From an uncultured Gammaproteobacteria bacterium (GTDB lineage: Bacteria > Pseudomonadota > Gammaproteobacteria > CAWCPV01): DNA of 64,000 bases. Positions 57,655-64,000 of the stretch are shown here, in pieces; the first letter of the stretch is position 1, and each line of letters opens with the position of its first letter. The position numbers were made by a program, and so were the translations under genes. The stretch covers positions 672,001-736,000 of the forward strand of contig CAWCPV010000003.1 in NCBI GenBank assembly GCA_963797555.1. Direction: 5' to 3'. The notes beneath the pieces are model-generated. The model saw nothing but the letters and a program-made list of their open reading frames with translations. It did not search any database and had not been told where the DNA came from.

Positions 57655-59753
57655 ATGAGGCTCAGCCAGCTTGCAAGCAAACGGAACCTTGAGCTAGCGT
57701 GGAGGCGGATTACCACTGGCGGCAACTACCAGTACAAGCGGCTGTACCGCAGCATCTACTACGCCTATGAGGTCGCCCTCGACGCCAACTTGCGGGACCT
57801 CCGTCAACGGCTGCTGGGTGGCGCCTTTGAGGCCCGTCACCCGGAGCGAATCTACGTTCCGAAGGCTTCGGGCCTCCATCGCCCGTTAGCGCTGCTGAGC
57901 ATCGAGGACCAGGTCGTTCTGCAGGCATTTGCAAATCTCGCCGCGAATCGAATGCAGCGCCGCCGCGCCCAGCTTCAGTTCAAGGTCGTCTTCAGCAACA
58001 TCTTGGAGAAGCCCGACAGCATCTTCTTCTTCCGCCGCTGGCAGAACACTTACAGGGCCTTCCAAGGGCGTATCCGAAAGCACTACCAAGCGGGCATGCG
58101 ATGGGTCGGCGATTTCGACCTGGCAGCCTTCTACGACACGATCTCCCACGAACTCCTGGTGCGGACGATCTACCCGCGTATAACCAACGCTGACCTCGAT
58201 TGGATCGGGCAGTGTTTGCGGACCTGGAGCTCCGACCGAGCAGTTTCGGGGCACGGCCACGGCCTGCCGCAAGGACCCTTGGCGTCCGATTTTCTCGCCG
58301 AGTGCTTCTTGCTCCCCATCGACCTCGCGCTCCAGAAGCGGCGAGGGTACACGCGGTACGTCGACGACGTGCGGCTCTTCGGCGCCACCGAGAATGAGGT
58401 TCGAGCGGACCTGATCGAGATCGAACGCCACTGCCGCGAGCGAGGCCTCATCCCGCAGACGGGTAAGTTCGCCATCAAGCGCGCCCAAAGTGTCCAAGAG
58501 GCAATGGGGATGCTCCCCAGCATTTCGGACCCGCAGCACGGGGCGGGCGGCACCGAGACGATTGACAGGAAGCAGGCTCGGCGGGCGTTTCGCTCGGCGA
58601 TTGGCGGGAAGCCATACCAAGTCACAGACAAAACGCGGCTCCGGTACGTCCTCTATCGAGCAGAGCCCGACAGCGACCTTCTCAAGCTGGTGCTACGCCT
58701 CATTCCACACCACCCGGAGCATGCCGACGCGTTCTTCGCGTACCTTGGCCGCTTCGACTACAGGAAGCCGATCGAGCGGCTCTGCCTCAGCCTGGTGCAG
58801 CAGAATCCATACCCATACGTTCGAGGCGAGGCATGGCACGTTCTGGCCAAGTATCTCCGGGAGGCACGGTCCATGACGGCCGGCGATCCGACACCGCTCA
58901 CGACGAGGGCCATCAACATTGCGAAGCAGAGGACCCAGGAGAACTTCGTCGAGCGGTGGAGCGCCTGTCACTTCCTCTGCGTGTCGGAGGGCCTCACGTC
59001 AGCTCGACACAGCAGGTTTCTGAAGTACCAGGCACCGCTACTCCAGTCGCTGTTGGCCCCGGTGCTTCCTGGTACCGCGTTCGCAAAGGGAGAAGTGGTT
59101 GAGACCTACCTTGGGCGAACGACGCCGGAGCCAGGGTTGTCGGTGTGTTCAGCGATGCACGAGCGTGGCTTGACGCCCTCGACCTTCGGGCTGACCATGG
59201 ACCAGCTGCCATCGCAGTCGCCAACACGCTGCGGGAGCTGGGCGTCGTCTCAGCGCCCGGGCCCAAGGTCGATCCGATCGCCGAGATTCTCCACAGCCGA
59301 TACGCGGTGCCCCGCGGCAAGTCATGGCATCAGTTGCTTGGCGCCGAGTACGTGCACGCGCTGGGTCTTCTGAAGCAGGCCGAAGCCGCATTCGCGGGGG
59401 GCCTCTCTTTCTGGCTTGCCTGCCAGAACTCGTTCAACCAGACCGTATTCCTGGCCCTGTAGCGGCACCTCGCGGCGACGGGCCACGCGGCGGCTTGCAC
59501 GATCATCGACAAGAAGGGGCAGCTTGTAGACTTCGGGGTCACGCTGGACACGAACGGACCGTTCTCGAAGAACTGTCCGACCATCGGCAACTCCTTTCGG
59601 GACATGAACACGCGCCGCAACCAACTTCCGGTGTCGCACCCCTACGACAAGAAGACGGCGGCGCAGTCACGGCACCTCAAGGCCCAGGAGAGAAACCAGT
59701 TCGTGGCCAAGCTACGAACCGCCTATCTCAACTTGGTGGTGCTCATGCCGTGA
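57655..59753 (+). CDS. Reverse transcriptase of UG/Abi (defence-associated) type with helical region and C-terminal HEPN-like motif; frameshift near 59217 and TAG at 59460
   Basis: PKASGLHRPL, DLAAFYDTI, GLPQGPLAS, RYVDD (58357-58368); RNQLPVSH (59616-59639); about 699 codons when repaired. Confidence 0.85.
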
Positions 59754-59816
59754 GGGCGCATGGAATCCGACCGGTAGTGGTGATCGAGAAGCCGCATCCG
59801 CTAGAGTGGGAATGCT

Positions 59817-59876
59817 GCCCAACAACAGCATGGAGCGGACGGCGCTGCGCGCCGCCGCTGATGCGGAGCGTTCGCG
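59817..59876 (+). other. attC site (short, 60 bp)
   Basis: GCCCAAC-AACAGCATGGAGCGGACGGCGCTGCGCGCCGCCGCTGATGCGGAGC-GTTCGCG. Confidence 0.85.
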
Positions 59877-59900
59877 CGAGGGAGAGAATAGGAGATCACA

Positions 59901-61010
59901 ATGAAGGACATCGTGAAATGCATCGAGAATCTCCGGGTACAACTGGACCGTCACCGCAAGCAGGGGCTCAAAGAGTATCCGACTCGGACGATCTTCATTG
60001 ATCCCCTTCTCGCCGCCCTTGGCTGGGATGTTCGTGATCCTGACGAGGTAGAACTTGAGCATCCCACAGTGGATGGAAAGTCGGTGGACTACGCGATGAA
60101 GGTCAACCGAAGGGTTGTTCTCCACCTGGAGGCAAAGCAACTTGGGGATCCCCTTGACGACGTCAAGTCCATCACACAGGTTGTGGGCTACGCCGCCAAT
60201 GATGGAATTGAATGGTGTGTGCTGACGAACGGAGTCAAATACAAGGTGTATAAGGCATCGGAGAAGGCCAGCGCGCCGGACAAGCTCCTCTTCGAAGTAA
60301 GCATAGACCCAAACGACTCACGCGGGCTGACGCCTGAAGAATTGGCGCGGCAATTCAGCCGCCTGTCTCGAGAGTCCATGGCGAAGGGGCTGCTGGACCA
60401 ACTCGGAACCGAGATTTTCACGACAGGAAAAATACGGAAGGTGCTTGATCGCCTATTCGCCGAGACGCCAGCATCCTTCATCCGTCTGATTCGAAAGACT
60501 ATGAGCGATTCATCGGTGACACCATCCCAAATCGAACAGGCGCTGCACCGCATCTGGGACAGTGGCAAGGAACCAATTCCCTCGTCAGTAAGCCAATCGA
60601 AGGTTCAGCGACCGGAACGGACAGACTCCGGCCGTCGAACCACCGAATACCTGGAGAGCCACCACACAGACGGCAAACCAAACGAAGTCGTCGAACTCTA
60701 TCGAGGATTGGACAGATACTGCCAAGACCTTGCACCAGGGCGAGTCACCCGCGTCTACAAGGCCAAGTACATAACTTGGTCCCTGGATAAGGCGATCTTC
60801 TGTTGTGCTCATCTCCAACAAAGCGGACTCCGGGTATGGCTGAAGATTGATCCGAAGACGCTCGGGCCATCCCAATCTTTCGCCCGGGATGTCTCGAAGA
60901 TCGGACACTGGGGTGTTGGCGACGTTGAGCTTGCGATCAACAGCCTTGAGCGCTTGCGGGATTCGGAAGCGTACGTTCGCAAGTCGTTCGAGAACGTGAC
61001 CCAGGAGTAA
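59901..61010 (+). CDS. HsdR N-terminal-like PD-(D/E)XK nuclease with DUF5655-like C-terminal domain
   Basis: FIDPLLAALGW, VDYA, LEAK, YAAN, VLTNG; RDVSKIGHWGVGDVE. Confidence 0.8.
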   Translation: MKDIVKCIENLRVQLDRHRKQGLKEYPTRTIFIDPLLAALGWDVRDPDEVELEHPTVDGKSVDYAMKVNRRVVLHLEAKQLGDPLDDVKSITQVVGYAANDGIEWCVLTNGVKYKVYKASEKASAPDKLLFEVSIDPNDSRGLTPEELARQFSRLSRESMAKGLLDQLGTEIFTTGKIRKVLDRLFAETPASFIRLIRKTMSDSSVTPSQIEQALHRIWDSGKEPIPSSVSQSKVQRPERTDSGRRTTEYLESHHTDGKPNEVVELYRGLDRYCQDLAPGRVTRVYKAKYITWSLDKAIFCCAHLQQSGLRVWLKIDPKTLGPSQSFARDVSKIGHWGVGDVELAINSLERLRDSEAYVRKSFENVTQE

Positions 61011-61021
61011 TACTACAAGAT

Positions 61022-61092
61022 GGCGAACAAGGACCTCGCACCTTACCGGTGACCCGCCTCGGGTCACCGGAAGGTGAAGGCTGTCGTTAGGG
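61022..61092 (+). other. attC site
   Basis: GGCGAAC...CACCTTACCGGTGACCCG-CCT-CGGGTCACCGGAAGGTG...GTTAGGG. Confidence 0.8.
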
Positions 61093-61669
61093 CTTCGTGC
61101 ATGACGATTCCCATCTTCAGCGAGATTGAGCGTCTTATCACATCACAGAGAACGGGTCCGCTGTCGTTCTCAAGGAGCATCTTGGGCTTCTCAATACCAA
61201 GCTTGGCCTGCTCAAGCCCGTCAACCGCCTCCCAGTCACCGGACAAGCGCCTGACATTCAAGGCGAGCACCGGCGAGGCGAGATGCACCACCCCGAGGTC
61301 GGGCAGCGCCCGCGGTTCCGGGGACAGTATACGGGTTCCGCGGACAGTCTACGTGACTCGTCAGACAGGGAGCCGGCCTTGCACTCGTTTGCGGACGCCT
61401 GAAGGCGAAGCATCGATGTCTGGAATTGGCCGGAAGCCCACCGTTGCATACGGCGTCGCCGATCGCGATCCCGAGATAGCGGACGCTGTGAACTCAATAT
61501 GGGCCTCACAAGGAGGCGAGACGGGCTCAAACCCTCAGTCGGCCCCACTTTTTGCTTGATGCGCCAGTCACTTTTCAGCTGTCTCCGTCTTCTTCGGGGA
61601 GCCCGTCGGTAACGGCCCGGCCCGCGGCTCAGCAAGCGCTGCGACTTCTCATTCGAAGGATTCAGGCCA

Positions 61670-61936
61670 TCACCGGGCGGTGTGGTAGACGCGGAGAATT
61701 TGCAGCGCGTCTCCAACAATCCGGTAAGGGGCGATGTAGCGGGTTCCCGAAACCACCAGTTCGCGGGTGCCGGGCACGCGCCCGGGCCGCCCGATCTGGG
61801 GCGTGGCGGCCAACAGAAGGACGCACTCCCGGATGCGCTCGTGTAGCACCCTGGCGGCAGCGGGATTGTCCCGCACGATGTGAAAATAGATGCCCCGCAG
61901 GTCGCGGCGGGCTTGCGGTGACCAGAGGAGCTTCAA
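61670..61936 (-). CDS. RelE/ParE-family toxin
   Basis: WSPQARRDL, PQIGRPGRVPGTREL, ILRVYHTAR; overlaps the antitoxin stop. Confidence 0.9.
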   Translation of the reverse strand: MKLLWSPQARRDLRGIYFHIVRDNPAAARVLHERIRECVLLLAATPQIGRPGRVPGTRELVVSGTRYIAPYRIVGDALQILRVYHTAR

Positions 61937-62187
61937 GGTTTGGCATCGCGCCCGGACAGCAATGCCTCCATCTCGGCCATGACCTGCTCATGCGGGATCC
62001 CCTCGCCTTTGTCGAGGGAGACCATGGCTTCCTTGATGCCTTCAGTCTGCCAGGCCTGCGCTTCCACATACTGCCGGATCGCGTCTTCGATAACCCAGTT
62101 GCGAGACCGATCCATGGCGGCAGCGAGGGCTTCCACCTTGGCGACGAGCTCGGGGTCTGTGCGGATGGTTATGCTGGTGCCTGCCAT
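61933..62187 (-). CDS. CopG/ribbon-helix-helix antitoxin
   Basis: ITIRTD, LAAAMDRSRNWVIEDAIRQY, GIPHEQV. Confidence 0.88.
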   Translation of the reverse strand: MAGTSITIRTDPELVAKVEALAAAMDRSRNWVIEDAIRQYVEAQAWQTEGIKEAMVSLDKGEGIPHEQVMAEMEALLSGRDAKP

Positions 62188-62535
62188 GACGTAACCTCTA
62201 TGATTGCTTTGCACTCAACAGCATTCATAGCACAGGGGCCGGATCGTGGACAAGGGGTCCCTTTTGGGACCCTGGCCAGCTCACCGCCACGTTACCGACC
62301 CGCTGGCCCGCCGTGCTCGGCACTGTGCATAGCGCAGGCGGTTACCGAACAGCGAATGCAGGCCCGGGGTGTGATGCGCCCTCATGCGCGCATCGCAACG
62401 CCCCTGCAGCCCAAGCGGGCGTCACCGTCCATCCGGGGGATAGTTGACGGCTCCAGACTCAAGCCTTGGCCTGGGCGCGCACCTGTGTTACAAACTAGCG
62501 TGCTGCTCAGCCCTCCCAGGTTTGCGTCCCGCGCC

Positions 62536-64000
62536 ATGACCCGTAAAGCACGCCATCCCGATACTGCTGCTCTGGCCGAGTGTATCCGCGTGTCGCGCGG
62601 CGACGCGCCGGCAGACCTGGTCATCAAGGCCGCCTCGTTCCTGGATGTGTACACGGGCGCGTTTCTGACAGGAGACGTGGCGGTGCATGGCGGGTTCATC
62701 GTCGGGACGGGAGAGAGCTACCGCGGGGTCGAGGAGGTGGACGGGCGCGGCTTCTCGGTCGTGCCGGGGTTCATCGACTCCCATGTCCATATCGAGAGCA
62801 GCCTGGTCACCCCGGCGCGGTTTCAACAGGCAGTCTTGCCCCTCGGCACCACGACGGCCATCTGGGACCCCCACGAGATCGCCAACGTCCGAGGGGTGGA
62901 TGGTCTGCGCTGGGCACTGGAAGCCTCCGAGGGGCTGGTCCTCGATGTATTCGTGATGCTTTCGAGCTGCGTGCCCTCCACTAGCCCGGATCTCGCGCTG
63001 GAAACCAGCGGGGCGGAGCTGTCCGCCGCCGAGCTTCTCCGCTTCCGGGGACATCGGCGGGTCCTGGGCCTGGCGGAAATGATGAACTATCCGGGACTTC
63101 TCGCCGCGACGCCGGATGTGATGGATAAGCTGTACGCTTTCCAGGACATGCCGCGCGACGGCCACTGCCCGGGCCTGCGGGGGCGGGACCTCAACGCCTA
63201 CGGCGCCGCCGGCATCCATAGCTGCCACGAGTCGACCACCCTGGAAGAGGCGCGGGAGAAGCTGCACAAGGGCATCCACGTGCTCATCCGCGAAGGCTCG
63301 TGCGCCAAGGATGCCGACGTTTTGCTTCCGCTGCTCGACGATTACTCTTCGGCGGTCATCGCCCTGTGCAGCGACGACCGCAACCCGCTGGACACCGCAA
63401 CTCAGGGGCACATCAGCTTCATCGTCGACAAGGCGCTGCGCGCCGGCCATCGGCCGCAGAACATCTTCAGGGCCGCCAGTTTCGCCCCGGCCCAGGCCTA
63501 TGGCCTGCAGGACCGCGGCGTGGTCGCTCCGGGCTTCCTTGCAGACCTCTGTCTGGGCTCGCCCCGCGACGCTCGGGATTGGCGCTCCGGCCTCGCCATC
63601 CAGGGGGTCTACAAAGGCGGTCAACGGGTCTCGCCGGACGCGCTCGCCGCGTTCGCGGTGAGCCGGCCGGCCCCGCTCCACGATGCGGCCCGGGAACCGA
63701 ACATGCGCCTCGGACCCTGTGCCATCGAGGACTTCAGGGTCGAGACCAGCGCAGGCACGTCGCAGCGGCGGGCACGGGTGATCGGCGTGCGCGCCGGCCA
63801 GATCCTGACCGACTCCCTGCTCGCGACGCTCCCGGCTTCCGGGGGACAGGTGCTGCTGGATCCGGCACAAGACGTGCTCAAGATCGCGGTCTTCGAGCGT
63901 CACCACCGCACCGGGCGGCGGGCGATAGGCTTCGTCAAAGGATTCGGCCTCAAGCACGGCGCCATCGCCACGTCGGTGACCCATGACTGCCACAACGCCA
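62536..64000 (+). CDS. ade: Adenine deaminase (partial, runs off the window end)
   Basis: PADLVIK, VPGFIDSHVHIESS, DPHEIANV, LAEMMNYPG, DGHCPG, IREGS, SDDR, HDCHN; absent from the ORF track because no stop is reached. Confidence 0.93.
   Translation, partial: MTRKARHPDTAALAECIRVSRGDAPADLVIKAASFLDVYTGAFLTGDVAVHGGFIVGTGESYRGVEEVDGRGFSVVPGFIDSHVHIESSLVTPARFQQAVLPLGTTTAIWDPHEIANVRGVDGLRWALEASEGLVLDVFVMLSSCVPSTSPDLALETSGAELSAAELLRFRGHRRVLGLAEMMNYPGLLAATPDVMDKLYAFQDMPRDGHCPGLRGRDLNAYGAAGIHSCHESTTLEEAREKLHKGIHVLIREGSCAKDADVLLPLLDDYSSAVIALCSDDRNPLDTATQGHISFIVDKALRAGHRPQNIFRAASFAPAQAYGLQDRGVVAPGFLADLCLGSPRDARDWRSGLAIQGVYKGGQRVSPDALAAFAVSRPAPLHDAAREPNMRLGPCAIEDFRVETSAGTSQRRARVIGVRAGQILTDSLLATLPASGGQVLLDPAQDVLKIAVFERHHRTGRRAIGFVKGFGLKHGAIATSVTHDCHNA

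Noticed and set aside
57483-59753. RT as the protein of the adjacent group II intron
   Set aside because: The intron remnant is on the opposite strand and upstream, and the RT lacks intron-type features
61093-61660. Possible further cassette after the last attC
   Set aside because: No convincing ORF or closing attC

Overview
GC-rich bacterial chromosomal window, probably gammaproteobacterial (smc-zipA-ligA operon with divergent queF; also recQ, tatA, trkH, adenine deaminase). Housekeeping blocks alternate with rearranged accessory DNA. 1-19 kb is an IS graveyard (IS1380, two IS1634, IS5, IS3, IS630, ISL3) with gene fragments and a methyltransferase gene interrupted by an ISL3 and an ORF-less group II intron. 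Two inverted copies of a ~2.69 kb IS66-like element carry a convergent DUF4338/DruA-like ORF, each with its own 9-bp target duplication. There is a stump of a cas4(-cas1) gene but no CRISPR array, and a broken REP-associated tyrosine transposase (RAYT) with REP hairpins. At ~54.5-61.1 kb lies an integron-type attC cassette array with no integrase in the window. It carries a ~700-aa non-retroelement reverse transcriptase with a helical middle and a C-terminal HEPN-like motif, an HsdR-N-type nuclease, and a group II intron 3' end lodged in an attC. A folK-folE fusion and four Uma2 nucleases are also present. Single-base frameshifts occur even in smc, recQ and queF, so many apparent pseudogenes may be sequencing errors. 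All family assignments are from motif recognition by eye; no searches were run.
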